64,000 nucleotides of DNA, from the NCBI GenBank assembly GCA_963666285.1, contig OY762711.1, one strand, 5' to 3'. The notes under the pieces were generated by a model. That model made no database searches. It was given only the letters and a program-made list of their open reading frames with translations, and was not told the DNA's origin. The position numbers were made by a program, and so were the translations under genes. The stretch is from Sedimentisphaerales bacterium. GTDB lineage: Bacteria; Planctomycetota; Phycisphaerae; Sedimentisphaerales; SM23-30. Positions 1-10,677 of this stretch are shown piece after piece (the first letter of the stretch is position 1; each line of letters opens with the position of its first letter).

Positions 1-2
1 TT

Positions 3-971
3 CATCAGTTTATAACTTATGCTTTTTTGCATGGGAGCTGGATGCATATTATATCCAATATGTTGTTTTTATACATATTTGGTAATAATGTGAATGATAA
101 GCTGGGGCATCGCGGGTATCTCCTGTTTTATTTAGCCGGAGCTGTATTTGCCGGTGTAGGGCATTCATATGTTAGTGATTCCCCGGTTTTAGGTGCTTCC
201 GGTGCGGTGGCTGCCGTTACAGGTGCTTACATGGTACTATTTCCGCTTACACGGGTGATGGTATTGTACTGGTTGTTCTTTATAGGAACGTTCGATGTTT
301 CGGCATGGATTTTCATAGGCTTGAAATTAATCTTTATTGATAACTTCCTGGCCAGGGGGCCAAATGTGGCATACGATGCTCACATTGCCGGATATTTGTT
401 CGGTATTGTATCGACATTGTTATTATTGCATTTTAATTTTCTGCCGGCCAGTCAATTTGATATGTGGGCTATGATAAACCGTTGGAAACGCAGGCAGGAA
501 TTTAGAGCAGCGGCAAGAGATGGGTTTGGACCTGATAACAATGCCAGGAAAGTAGAAGTTAAGGTCAAAGATGTCGATCCGGAAAAAGCTGCTCAAATAG
601 AAAAATTACGTAATGAGCTATTTGATTTCGCCGGAGCAGGAGACCTGAATTCGGCATCAGATGTCTATTTGAAATTATTGGAAATCGATCCGGAACACGT
701 TTTGCCTCAGCAGAGACATCTGGATATATCGAATAAGCTAATGCAGCTTGGTAACTATGAGAATGCTGCGATTGCGTACGAATTGTTTTTAAATCGGTTT
801 ACTCGGTATCAATTTGTTGAACAGGTTGAGCTTATGCTCGGTTTGCTGTATGCTAGGTATCTGGAAAAGCCAGACCGTGCAAAAGAATTACTCAACAAGG
901 CAAAAGATAGATTAACTGATCCCGGTCAGATAAAATTATGTGAAGATGCACTTTCTTCACTTGAGTCATAA
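3..971 (+). CDS. Rhomboid-family intramembrane serine protease with C-terminal TPR-like helical domain (5' truncated by window edge)
   Basis: Frame open from position 3 (HQFITYAFLHG...); HxxxNM motif, catalytic GASG, AHIAG His motif, hydrophobic segments, helical soluble tail. Confidence 0.9.
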   Translation, partial: HQFITYAFLHGSWMHIISNMLFLYIFGNNVNDKLGHRGYLLFYLAGAVFAGVGHSYVSDSPVLGASGAVAAVTGAYMVLFPLTRVMVLYWLFFIGTFDVSAWIFIGLKLIFIDNFLARGPNVAYDAHIAGYLFGIVSTLLLLHFNFLPASQFDMWAMINRWKRRQEFRAAARDGFGPDNNARKVEVKVKDVDPEKAAQIEKLRNELFDFAGAGDLNSASDVYLKLLEIDPEHVLPQQRHLDISNKLMQLGNYENAAIAYELFLNRFTRYQFVEQVELMLGLLYARYLEKPDRAKELLNKAKDRLTDPGQIKLCEDALSSLES

Positions 972-974
972 TCT

Positions 975-1008
975 AAAAAAAAGCGTATGATACGATACCA
1001 TACGCTTT
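975..1008. terminator. Bidirectional intrinsic terminator
   Basis: A8-gcgtatg...catacgc-ttt inverted repeat between convergent genes. Confidence 0.75.
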
Positions 1009-1033
1009 GATATTTATTCGGTTTTTTAATAGC

Positions 1034-1954
1034 CTAGTCAGCCAGGCTTAGCAGAATTTCTGAATTAGATGATTCTATTTCTACTATATCCATTATTTCA
1101 GCTATTTTATCAGGTGTCAGGCTAAATTCTTCACGAATTTTACTGTCATAAATTGCGGCGTAGTTTCCACTGTCGCCAATATTCTGATTATGGCATATAT
1201 AGTCTGCCAGGTGAACTAATTTAACCAGCGGGAGATGTTTTTCATCCGGGCAGCTGGTCGGATCATGGTGATATTCCACTACCGCTTTCAAATCGTCACC
1301 CAATCTCCATTTATCTGCCAGCCATGCACCGGCTTCATTGTGGCTCATTCCGACGAATCTTGCTTCTTCCTTATCCAGTGGAAGATCAAGTTCTTTACCA
1401 CTCTTGATAGCCTGGTGGAACTGCTTGTTTGCGTATTTTTCAAACAGGATTTTGCCCATATCGTGTACAATACCTGATAAATGTGCAATGTCCCTGGTAA
1501 TTCTCTGGTCTATATGATTAGCACAGAAATCGTATAATGTGCCGGTAATGATACCGACAGTTATAGAATGCCGCCAGAATTCTCTTCTATCAAAAACCGG
1601 CTGCTGAGATTTGCTGAATGCCTGGAAAACGCTTGTGCTTAGAGCAATGTTAGTAATGGTAATAAATCCAAGCCTTGCGATTGCAGGTGACAGCTGGGTT
1701 ATCTCTGCGCCATGGGAAGGGCGATAGAATACTGAGTTAACCATTTTCAGCACCTTGGTAGATATTGAAGGGTCATTTTCGATGATTTTGGCAACGTCTC
1801 TGGCATCGCTATATGGATCATCTACAACCTGCTGCAGTTTCAGGGCTACTTCAGGTAATGTTGGCAAATCTTCTGCATTCTCGAAAATACTGATCAATTT
1901 ATGTGAATCAATAGGTGCAGACTGTTGTTCTGTCATTTGGTCAAATTCGCTCAT
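1034..1954 (-). CDS. HDOD domain signalling protein
   Basis: LPTLPEVA, DPSISTKVLKMVNS, FWRHS, HDMGK, H..AGAWLADKW, YHH motifs. Confidence 0.9.
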   Translation of the reverse strand: MSEFDQMTEQQSAPIDSHKLISIFENAEDLPTLPEVALKLQQVVDDPYSDARDVAKIIENDPSISTKVLKMVNSVFYRPSHGAEITQLSPAIARLGFITITNIALSTSVFQAFSKSQQPVFDRREFWRHSITVGIITGTLYDFCANHIDQRITRDIAHLSGIVHDMGKILFEKYANKQFHQAIKSGKELDLPLDKEEARFVGMSHNEAGAWLADKWRLGDDLKAVVEYHHDPTSCPDEKHLPLVKLVHLADYICHNQNIGDSGNYAAIYDSKIREEFSLTPDKIAEIMDIVEIESSNSEILLSLAD

Positions 1955-2218
1955 TTTCGTTATCCTTAAAAGAAAATAGATTTTTTCTTAAACTCTAATG
2001 TCAGAATACTTTTCGTCATGATTAAAGGCTATAATTAGTAAACTTATTCAAAGAAGTTAAAATTACTGAATATTGAGGTTTTATTTGTAATATATATAAA
2101 TTTATAGGACTTTTGGTAATGTTCACCAGGTATTAATTGAATTTTGGTGATAATTATAGTATCATTCATAACAATAACTGAATATTGACCATAATAATTG
2201 CTTTAGGAGTATTTAAGA

Positions 2219-3727
2219 ATGGCGAATGTAAAAACAATAAATGTATCTGTTCAATATAAAGAATTAGCCGGTGCCAAGGAAGACCTGCTGGTATTAGGTG
2301 TTTTTGAATCGGCTAAAATGCCTAACGATCTTGTTGAGCTTGACCGTCATACAGATGGAAGTATAAAGAAAGCTTATTCATTAGGTGATTTTACCGGTAA
2401 AAGCAAACAATCAACAATGATATATTGCGGCTGTAATAAATGTTCCGGCAGAATATTACTTTTAGGGCTTGGCGTCCAGAAGGATTTTGAGCTGGATGTA
2501 CTTAGAAAGTCAGCGGCATTGGCAGTAAAACAGGCCGATAAAATCAAGGCCGGCAGTATTGCTATTTGTCTTGACGTGCCAAAGTCCGTTAGTCCACAGG
2601 ATAAGGCAAAAGTCATATCCGAAGGCCTGGTTATTGGCAGGTACGAATATGTTGAGCAGTTTTCTGAGCCTGCCGGCAAGCTTGGCAGCATGAAGGCTGT
2701 TATTGTCGCCTGGAATCAGCAGGATGTTGCTCCAATGAAAAAAGGTGCAAAAACAGGAATAGCATTAGCAGAAGCGCAGAATTATGCCAGGTATCTGGGC
2801 AACAAGACTGGTGCCGAGATAAATCCGGTAACATTGGCAAATGAAGCTCGCAAACTGGCCCGCAAAGTCGGCTTAAAATGCAAGATATTTGATGATAAAG
2901 AGCTTACCAGTCTTCAGATGGGCGGGATTTTGGCCGTAGGTCAAGGATCTGCTACTAAACCAAGGATGATAATGCTTGAGTACACTGGAAATAAAAGCTC
3001 AAAATCTCCTGATGTCGTTATCGTTGGCAAGGCAATTACTTTTGACAGCGGCGGTATTTCTCTTAAACCTGGTGCCGGAATGCACGAGATGAAATTTGAC
3101 AAATGCGGTGGTTGTGATGCCTTTGGTATTATGCAGGCAGTTTCTTCGCTTAAGCTGAAAAAGAATGTAGTTGCGTTGATACCTTCGGCTGAAAATATGC
3201 CTGACAGTCACAGTTATCGTCCGGGCGATATTATAAAGACCTACAGCGGTAAAACTGTCGAAATTCAGAATACCGATGCCGAAGGGCGTATGATTCTTTG
3301 CGATGCTATCTCTTATGCAGTCAAAAAGTTAAAGCCTAAGGCTGTAATTGATATGGCAACTTTGACTGGTGCCTGTATCATCTCGCTTGGCCATCATAAA
3401 GCGGCATTGTTTAGCAATAATGATACTTTAGTTAAAGAGCTTGTTTCTGCTTCAGAAACAGCAGGCGAGCCGGTTTGGCATATGCCATGTGACAGGCCTT
3501 ATGCCGATCAGTTGAAAAGCGATTGTGCTGATTTGAGAAATATTGGCGGTCGCGAAGGTGGATCTGCAACGGCAGCGGCATTTTTACGAGAATTTGCCGG
3601 TGAGGAAATCTCTTGGGCACATATTGATATTGCAGGTGTTGCCTGGACAACTAAGCCAACTGACATTGCTTCGTCAGGAGCTACCGGCTATATCGTAAGA
3701 ACAGTTGCAGAATACCTAAGTAAATAG
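2219..3727 (+). CDS. pepA: Leucyl aminopeptidase (M17)
   Basis: GKAITFDSGG, MKFDK, NTDAEGR, ATLTGA, WAHIDIAG; SD AGGAG upstream. Confidence 0.95.
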   Translation: MANVKTINVSVQYKELAGAKEDLLVLGVFESAKMPNDLVELDRHTDGSIKKAYSLGDFTGKSKQSTMIYCGCNKCSGRILLLGLGVQKDFELDVLRKSAALAVKQADKIKAGSIAICLDVPKSVSPQDKAKVISEGLVIGRYEYVEQFSEPAGKLGSMKAVIVAWNQQDVAPMKKGAKTGIALAEAQNYARYLGNKTGAEINPVTLANEARKLARKVGLKCKIFDDKELTSLQMGGILAVGQGSATKPRMIMLEYTGNKSSKSPDVVIVGKAITFDSGGISLKPGAGMHEMKFDKCGGCDAFGIMQAVSSLKLKKNVVALIPSAENMPDSHSYRPGDIIKTYSGKTVEIQNTDAEGRMILCDAISYAVKKLKPKAVIDMATLTGACIISLGHHKAALFSNNDTLVKELVSASETAGEPVWHMPCDRPYADQLKSDCADLRNIGGREGGSATAAAFLREFAGEEISWAHIDIAGVAWTTKPTDIASSGATGYIVRTVAEYLSK

Positions 3728-3745
3728 TATTCTATACTTATTGAT

Positions 3746-3783
3746 AAAAAAGCTCGTCCTGGAATCCAAGGCGAGCTTTTTTT
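3746..3783. terminator. Bidirectional intrinsic terminator
   Basis: A6-gctcgtc...ggcgagc-T7 between convergent pepA and xylB. Confidence 0.8.
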
Positions 3784-3822
3784 ATTGTTAATTTGCCCTT
3801 TAAGTCATTGATGTATAACGGG

Positions 3823-5304
3823 TTAAATGTATAGTTTAAGGCACTCGATCCATTTGCTGTATGCCTGGACATATTGTTCTGTTAGTTCATTGTTCGGTGA
3901 GATTTTATCCAGGGCTGTCAGGCCGACAAAAGCATCTTTTTGGTCTTTATAATAACCAATTCCAATTCCGGCTCCGCGTGCTGCTCCCTGTGAACCGTCA
4001 GTATTATACAGTTCAATTTCAGCATCGGTAATGGTTGCAAGTGCTTCTGCAAAAATTCTGCTTTGGAACATGTTTGCTTGTCCGGCTCGTATATTAGTTA
4101 CCTTCAGGCCCATTTCTTTCATAATGTTCATGCCGTAATTAAAAGCAAACACAATACCTTCCTGAGCAGCTCTGGCAAGGTGAGCTTTATTATGAATATT
4201 GAAATTTATCCCGTGTATTGATGAATTGATCTGCTTGTTGCCGAGAGATCTCTCTGCTCCATTACCAAATGGGAGAATGCTTATACCATCCGATCCGGCT
4301 GAAACCGCTGTCGCCAGCTCATTCATTTCCGTATATGAAAGAGTTTCACCAACAGCCTTCTTAATCCAGCTGTTTAGGATGCCGGTGCCGTTGATACACA
4401 ACAGTACTCCCAGGCGTTTCTGGTCGCTGGTATTATTGACATGTATAAAAGTGTTAACTCTTGACTGGCTGTCAAAACAGGCACTATCAGCAACACCGTA
4501 GACAACACCGGATGTCCCGGCTGTAGCGGCAATTTCACCCGGCTCCATAACGCCAAGTGAAAAGGCGTTATTCGGCTGGTCACCGGCTCTGTATGATACC
4601 GGAGTGCCGGCAGCTAAACTCAAATCAGCTGCGGCAGATGAAGTAAGTTCACCATGTATGCCAAAAGTATCATATGTATCTGGAATCAGGCTGTTTTCAA
4701 AGCCAAATGCATCCATTACTTCCTTTGATAATTCATCATCTCTTATATTCCAGAATATACCCTCAGAAAGACCTGATTTTGTTGTAACGATAGAATCGGT
4801 CATCATCATGGCAAGATAATCTCCTGGCAGCATGATTTTATCGATTTGGTTATAAATTCCAGGTTCGTTTTCTTTGACCCAGGCCAGCTTCGCCGCAGTA
4901 AAATTTCCCGGGTGGTTGAGCAGGGTTTCCAGGCATTTTTTATCACCAATACTATCTGTTGCTTTTTGCCCGTATGGGACAGCCCGGCTGTCGCACCAGA
5001 TAATAGAAGGTCTCAGAACATTTTTGTTTTTATCGATACAGACCAGCCCATGCATTTGATAGGTTATGCCAATGCCTTTGATATCTTTTGCGTCAATATT
5101 AGCATCTTTAAGCAGGATAGCGGTAGCTGTTTTAAGGTTAGCCCACCAATCGCCGGGGTTTTGTTCTGCCCAGCCGCTCTGGTGTGATATTATCGTCATT
5201 TCCTTTTCAGGATATGTAGCTGACGCTACAACTTTTCCGCTTTCACCTTCCATAAGAGTAGCTTTTATCGAAGAGGTCCCAGAGTCATAACCTATAAAAT
5301 ACAT
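3823..5304 (-). CDS. xylB: Xylulokinase (FGGY family)
   Basis: GYDSGTSSIK, YQMHGLV, IIWCDSR, AGDQ, GTSG motifs; in xylA locus. Confidence 0.9.
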   Translation of the reverse strand: MYFIGYDSGTSSIKATLMEGESGKVVASATYPEKEMTIISHQSGWAEQNPGDWWANLKTATAILLKDANIDAKDIKGIGITYQMHGLVCIDKNKNVLRPSIIWCDSRAVPYGQKATDSIGDKKCLETLLNHPGNFTAAKLAWVKENEPGIYNQIDKIMLPGDYLAMMMTDSIVTTKSGLSEGIFWNIRDDELSKEVMDAFGFENSLIPDTYDTFGIHGELTSSAAADLSLAAGTPVSYRAGDQPNNAFSLGVMEPGEIAATAGTSGVVYGVADSACFDSQSRVNTFIHVNNTSDQKRLGVLLCINGTGILNSWIKKAVGETLSYTEMNELATAVSAGSDGISILPFGNGAERSLGNKQINSSIHGINFNIHNKAHLARAAQEGIVFAFNYGMNIMKEMGLKVTNIRAGQANMFQSRIFAEALATITDAEIELYNTDGSQGAARGAGIGIGYYKDQKDAFVGLTALDKISPNNELTEQYVQAYSKWIECLKLYI

Positions 5305-5333
5305 ATCAGATTTCCTTTTACTTTATAGTTTCC

Positions 5334-5393
5334 AAAAAAAATGGTTGCAGCTGGTATTCAGCAATGTTTTACTAAGTACCAGCTTACAACCAT
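5334..5393 (-). terminator. Long hairpin followed by U8 between symporter and xylB
   Basis: atggttg/gctggta arms pair with taccagc/caaccat; A8 on + strand is U8 on - strand. Confidence 0.6.
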
Positions 5394-5450
5394 GTTAATA
5401 TATTCTATTCTGCAGATATCTCTGCATCTCTAAAGATGCTTAAAATATTA

Positions 5451-7217
5451 TTACCAGAAATACCAGTAGAAAACACCAGTGAGAGCTAGAATAATTGCAG
5501 TGTGAACTAAGTCCCACTTATTCCAGCTCTGTTTGGTTTCTGCTAATTGTTCTTCAGTTGCAGTACCCATCACCAGTCCTTTAATTTTTTCTGGATCTGG
5601 AGCCTTGGTGAGCAAGCTGACAATTATCACAACTGCTAGGCAGAATGCCATCATGCCACCGCAGAAAAATAGCCAGTTAACTTCATAAAAATAATGAAGG
5701 AACCAGTTGTTTACACCTGTTTCTTCAGCCCATCTGGTAACGTCACCATTACCGTCAGCATCAAGAAAATTGGCGCTTTTAGCAGTTGTTGTATAATAAA
5801 CTTTTGCTCCAAGGCGAGTTAGTCCAACTACCATACCAGAGATAAGTCCCCACATACCGCCCATAGCGGATGTTCTTTTCCAGGCAATACCCATCAGAAA
5901 TGCTGCTGCAATACCAGGAGCCAATACAGACTGAACATCTTGTAGATATGTATAAAGCACATCTCCAATACTTTTCATTATTGGAATCCATAAAATACCA
6001 AGAATTACAATTACAACTGTTGCAATTCTTCCAACAAGTACCAATTTAGGTTGAGGTGTGTCAGGCTTAAATTTCTGATAGAAATCAATTGTAAATAGCA
6101 TTGCAGATGAGTTAAACAGTGATGCCAGTGAACTCATAAGTGCTGCGAGGATACCGCATACAACAACACCTTTAATACCGGCCGGCAGTAATTGTGCCAC
6201 TAAGCTTGGGAATGCCGCATCAGGTGTTTCCATGCTGAAAGGTACGTCACCAATCATGATGTTTTTCTTAACCATTGCAAATGCAATCATGCCTGGAATA
6301 AGGAATAAAAATACCGGAGTCATCTTCAGGTATGCTCCAAAAATTGCACCGCGTCTTGCTTGTTGCTGGTTTTTGCCGGATAATACACGTTGTACAATAA
6401 ATTGGTCAGTACACCAGTACCAGAAACCAATAATTGATGATCCAAGCAATACACCCAACCAAGGGTATTTTGCGTCATCATTACTTCGTATCAAGTTTGC
6501 CATCGAATCTCCATGTTCATTAACAGGAGTGGCACGTACGACTTCCATCATCTGGTCCCAACCTCCTAATTCTCGGAGGCCTAGGACTAGTATTACTAGT
6601 GAGCCAAGAAGTAGAATAGGGGTCTGAAGAACTGATGTATATAGTACTGATTTCATTCCGCCTAGTACTGTATAAACCGCTGTTATCAAAACCAGGCCAA
6701 TAGCTGATATCCAGAAGAAGTCAATACCCCAAAGAGTTTCAATTCCAAAAACCTGTTGGAATACAAGACCACCGGCATATACTGTAACGGCAACCTTTGT
6801 TAATACGTAACTAATTAACGAGATAAGAGAGAGGATTGTTCGCGATTGAGAATTGTATCGCCTTTCTAGAAACTCTGGCATTGTAAGGACCATACTGCGT
6901 GAGTAAAAAGGCACAAATGCCCAACCTAAAATAAGAATCATCCAACCCTGTATTTCCCAGTGAGCCATAGCCATTCCACTATCTGCACCAGCACCTGCAA
7001 GACCAATTAAGTGTTCAGAGCCAATATTAGAAGCAAAAATAGATGCACCTATTGCCAGCCAACCGGCATCGCGGCCCGCCAGAAAGTAATCATCCGAGGT
7101 TTCTTCTTTCTGTCTTGTTACCCAGACAATAATACCAATCATGGCAATAACAAACAGAGCAAGTACACCCCAATCAAGACCTTGAAAAGCTGCTGAGGCA
7201 AGCATAGAGTCAATCAT
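5451..7217 (-). CDS. Sodium:solute symporter (SLC5/SSS family), probable xylose transporter
   Basis: DYFLAGR, SIFASNIGSEH, TMPEFLERRY, YWCTDQFIVQR motifs; lies between xylA and xylB. Confidence 0.9.
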   Translation of the reverse strand: MIDSMLASAAFQGLDWGVLALFVIAMIGIIVWVTRQKEETSDDYFLAGRDAGWLAIGASIFASNIGSEHLIGLAGAGADSGMAMAHWEIQGWMILILGWAFVPFYSRSMVLTMPEFLERRYNSQSRTILSLISLISYVLTKVAVTVYAGGLVFQQVFGIETLWGIDFFWISAIGLVLITAVYTVLGGMKSVLYTSVLQTPILLLGSLVILVLGLRELGGWDQMMEVVRATPVNEHGDSMANLIRSNDDAKYPWLGVLLGSSIIGFWYWCTDQFIVQRVLSGKNQQQARRGAIFGAYLKMTPVFLFLIPGMIAFAMVKKNIMIGDVPFSMETPDAAFPSLVAQLLPAGIKGVVVCGILAALMSSLASLFNSSAMLFTIDFYQKFKPDTPQPKLVLVGRIATVVIVILGILWIPIMKSIGDVLYTYLQDVQSVLAPGIAAAFLMGIAWKRTSAMGGMWGLISGMVVGLTRLGAKVYYTTTAKSANFLDADGNGDVTRWAEETGVNNWFLHYFYEVNWLFFCGGMMAFCLAVVIIVSLLTKAPDPEKIKGLVMGTATEEQLAETKQSWNKWDLVHTAIILALTGVFYWYFW

Positions 7218-7328
7218 TGCAAATATCTCCTAAACAAAAGTAATAAAAATACACATACATAAATTATGATGTCATAATGACAGATATAATTCTAAAATAA
7301 TAAGGCTTTATGAAACAGCGACTTACAT

Positions 7329-7389
7329 ATTCTACATTAAAACCGGGCTATTTAAATACCATTTTGCGACAAAAAACATCCAAGTCACG
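7329..7389 (-). promoter_or_regulatory. Putative XylR-activated promoter of the symporter
   Basis: -10 TAGAAT (7329-7334); direct repeats ccattttgcg (7359) and ccaagtcacg (7380) with 21 bp period; same geometry as at xylA. Confidence 0.65.
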
Positions 7390-7578
7390 CAAACTTAATT
7401 ACAAATTGATATTCTGTAGAACTTATAGAACAAACTTATAATACCTATCAGTCTGCTATATTTAAACAATAAACTTGTAATATAGGTGAAATAGATAAGT
7501 TCTTTTTTCGAAAATACTATAATCCAGCACTTATAAATTAGCAGTTTCAATTGTCTGTTGTCTGGCAATCAGGCAGGT

Positions 7579-8889
7579 TTATATATATGTATTTAGAATA
7601 TTTTCCAGCATTTCCTGGCGTCCGGAGACTATTTCTGGTTCACCGTTTTCCAGGGTAAATTTTTCCAGTTCGGCAAAATTTAATTTACCTGATTCGATTT
7701 CGGCACCGATACCGCTATTCCAGCCGGCATAACGTGTTTTGAGATTGTCTTCAAAAACACCGTCTTCCAGCATTTTAGCTGCATTTTTCAGGCCGCGGGC
7801 AAAAGCGTCCATTGCTCCTATATGTGCGTGGAACAAGTCGTCCGGACAAATGCTCTGACGGCGTACTTTAGCGTCAAAATTCAGACCGCCAGTGGTAAAT
7901 CCGCCGCCTTTGAGAATAGTATACATTGCCAGGGTTGTGTCATAAATATCGGTAGGGAACTGATCTGTGTCCCAGCCAAGGAACAGGTCGCCCCGGTTGG
8001 CATCTACCGAACCTAAGAAGTCGTTAGCAACGCAAAATTCCAGTTCATGCTGGAATGAATGGCCTGCTAATGTAGCATGGTTAGCTTCGATATTCATCTT
8101 GAAATGGTCGAGGAGGTTATATTTTTGCAGAAATGCAAAGCAGTTTCCTGCATCAAAATCATATTGATGCTTGGTTGGCTCTTTTGGCTTAGGCTCAATA
8201 TAGAATTGACCGTCAAATCCTATAGATTTTTTGTGATCAACGGCCATTTGCAGTAGTAATGCCAGGTGATCGAGCTCTCTGCCGAGATCTGTGTTCAATA
8301 ATGTTTCGTAGCCTTCGCGACCACCCCAGAACACATAACCTTCGCCGCCTAATTCTTTGGTAATTTCCAGTGCTTTCTTTATCTGGCTGGCGGCATATGC
8401 AAATACTGCCGGAGATGGATTTGTTCCTGCACCGGCCATAAAGCGACGATGGCTGAAAGCGTTTGTTGTGCCCCAAAGCAGCTTCATGCCATTGTCATTT
8501 TGCAGTTTTTTGGCTAATTCGACTATTTTATCCAGCCTTTTGTTGGTTTCTGCCAGGTTATCGGCTTCAGGAGCAATATCTCTATCGTGGAAGCACCAGA
8601 AATCAACACCCAGTTTGGTAAAAAATTCAAATGCGGCATGCATGGTATCTTCAGCCACCTGCATCGGGTCATTTGAAGAGTTGTATTCGCGAATTATTGT
8701 TGGCGGGCCAAAAGGATCGCCTCCCAGTCCCTTGAATGTATGCCAGTAACAAACAGCAAAACGGAGGTGTTCTGCCATGGATTTTCCCATAATCTTTTCA
8801 TTTGCATTATAATGTCTAAATGCTAATGGATTTTTTGAATCTGGCCCTTCGTATTTTATTTGACTAACATTTGGGAAATATTCTTTCAT
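7579..8889 (-). CDS. xylA: Xylose isomerase (class II)
   Basis: [43 protein letters not shown]. Confidence 0.97.
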   Translation of the reverse strand: MKEYFPNVSQIKYEGPDSKNPLAFRHYNANEKIMGKSMAEHLRFAVCYWHTFKGLGGDPFGPPTIIREYNSSNDPMQVAEDTMHAAFEFFTKLGVDFWCFHDRDIAPEADNLAETNKRLDKIVELAKKLQNDNGMKLLWGTTNAFSHRRFMAGAGTNPSPAVFAYAASQIKKALEITKELGGEGYVFWGGREGYETLLNTDLGRELDHLALLLQMAVDHKKSIGFDGQFYIEPKPKEPTKHQYDFDAGNCFAFLQKYNLLDHFKMNIEANHATLAGHSFQHELEFCVANDFLGSVDANRGDLFLGWDTDQFPTDIYDTTLAMYTILKGGGFTTGGLNFDAKVRRQSICPDDLFHAHIGAMDAFARGLKNAAKMLEDGVFEDNLKTRYAGWNSGIGAEIESGKLNFAELEKFTLENGEPEIVSGRQEMLENILNTYI

Positions 8890-8980
8890 TATTGCCTCCG
8901 AAAATATATATTGAAACCAAGAAATATTATGTTATCAGTTGAAATTCTATAAATATAGACATTTGTTAATTATTTTTTTC

Positions 8981-9041
8981 ATTATAGTTCAATATTGTTT
9001 GTTTACTAGTCCATTTTACGTTAAAATATAACCATGTTGCG
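8981..9041 (-). promoter_or_regulatory. Putative XylR-activated promoter of xylA
   Basis: -10 TATAAT (8981-8986); direct repeats ccattttacg (9011) and ccatgttgcg (9032) with 21 bp period. Confidence 0.65.
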
Positions 9042-9063
9042 CATGATTTAATGGAGGCAATTA

Positions 9064-10212
9064 ATGAAAAAAGTACTAATACTGATTGATACTGCCCGTG
9101 TTGTTGGCAGAAAGTTTCTATCTGGTGTCGAGAGGTACATCAATAGTCACGACCAATGGGAAGTTTGTACCTTGCTGCCTGATTATCTAATAAAAAATGG
9201 CCAGGAGCAGTTTACATGGTTCAAGCTGGATGAAGCAGACGGCATTATTGCTTTGGATTCCAAATTTACCTCGGAGTTTTTGAAACTCAATGTGCCAATA
9301 CTTGTCAGCGATACAATTCTTGAGGTTGTTCCAGGCTCTACAAGTATATATACCGATTCTGATAAAATAGGGAAAAAAGCGGCTGAATATTTTGTTGGTT
9401 TAGGTTTCACTAATTTTGCTTTTTGCGGTTTTGATGATATTCCGTGGTCAAATAAGCGATTCACTTCATTTTCTGAACAAATTGCGTCTTCTTCTATTGG
9501 TAAGGTTTATAACTATTCAGATCACCCAAATCGAAATCCTGTTGGAAGTTTTTCTGACAGGGTAAGTATAGCAGAGTGGCTTGAAGGTTTGCCAAAGCCT
9601 GTTTCTGTCTTTGCCTGTAATGATGACAGGGGAATAAATGTATTGGAAGCCTGCCGGATTGCCAAATTAAAAGTTCCTGAAGAGGTTGCTGTGCTGGGGG
9701 TTGATAATGATGAGCTGGTATGTGGCTTGTCATCGCCGCCTATGTCTAGTATTGATATGAATTTTGAAGGGGCCGGTTATGAATCAGCCAGGATTCTGAA
9801 TGATCAGATGAATAACGGTCCTTCAGTAGCAGATATTACAGTTGAACCTTTTGATATAATTACCAGGCAGTCCAGCAATATTATGGCAGTGGATGATTCT
9901 GAATTGACTGACGCTTTGGTATTTATCCGTCAAAATTACCAGAAAAATATCCAGGTACAGGATGTTGTAAATTCTACTTCAATTTCACGTCGAGAACTTG
10001 AACTAAGGTTCCAGAAACTGCTTAAAAAGTCCATAAAAGATGAAATTAATAAGCATAGGATACAATTAGCAAAGAGAAAACTGATGTATTCCAGCCAACC
10101 AATCTATGTTGTAGCAAATTCTTTAAGCTTTACCGACCCTGAACATTTTGCCAGATTTTTCAAGAAAAACACAGGCATGTCGCCAAGGCAGTTTAGAAGT
10201 AATTATTCATAA
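9064..10212 (+). CDS. xylR: XylR-type regulator (periplasmic-binding-protein-like domain plus C-terminal AraC HTH)
   Basis: LPKPVSVFACND, VPEEVAVLGVDND, RQSS, AraC HTH; divergent from xylA. Confidence 0.88.
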   Translation: MKKVLILIDTARVVGRKFLSGVERYINSHDQWEVCTLLPDYLIKNGQEQFTWFKLDEADGIIALDSKFTSEFLKLNVPILVSDTILEVVPGSTSIYTDSDKIGKKAAEYFVGLGFTNFAFCGFDDIPWSNKRFTSFSEQIASSSIGKVYNYSDHPNRNPVGSFSDRVSIAEWLEGLPKPVSVFACNDDRGINVLEACRIAKLKVPEEVAVLGVDNDELVCGLSSPPMSSIDMNFEGAGYESARILNDQMNNGPSVADITVEPFDIITRQSSNIMAVDDSELTDALVFIRQNYQKNIQVQDVVNSTSISRRELELRFQKLLKKSIKDEINKHRIQLAKRKLMYSSQPIYVVANSLSFTDPEHFARFFKKNTGMSPRQFRSNYS

Positions 10213-10318
10213 CATTTATTGCATACCAGATGATTGATAGCGGCTCATTGTTATGGTTTTATAAGGTGTTTAATAACAGTATATTACGGTTTAATTTTAA
10301 ACCATTTGTTAGTCTTAT

Positions 10319-10347
10319 TTGAAAAACTGGTATATTTTTTGTATAAT
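10319..10347 (+). promoter_or_regulatory. Sigma70-type promoter of the oxidoreductase operon
   Basis: TTGAAA-17 bp-TATAAT. Confidence 0.55.
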
Positions 10348-10446
10348 TCTTCGGATTAGTACTAATTTGTTGATTGACAAATAAATATATGATTTAGAAA
10401 ATATATAATATATTAAAAATAATAAATGTTCGAAAAGGACTATTAA

Positions 10447-10677
10447 ATGACAACAAAGTCAAAATCATATCCTTTGATAAATGAATTAGAATGTAAAGGA
10501 TGTGGTAACTGCACTTATGCCTGCCCGCTCAATTTACTTGAGTTGGGTGATGTGATAAATAAACGCGGTTATGTTTTTGTTCAATATTGCGGAACAGGCT
10601 GCATTGGATGCGGTAATTGTTTTTATGCCTGCCCTGAATTTGGGGCTATTGAAGTAATTAATTCTGAAGAAGAATAA
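10447..10677 (+). CDS. 2[4Fe-4S] ferredoxin (delta subunit of 2-oxoacid:ferredoxin oxidoreductase)
   Basis: Two CxxCxxCxxxCP motifs. Confidence 0.9.
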   Translation: MTTKSKSYPLINELECKGCGNCTYACPLNLLELGDVINKRGYVFVQYCGTGCIGCGNCFYACPEFGAIEVINSEEE

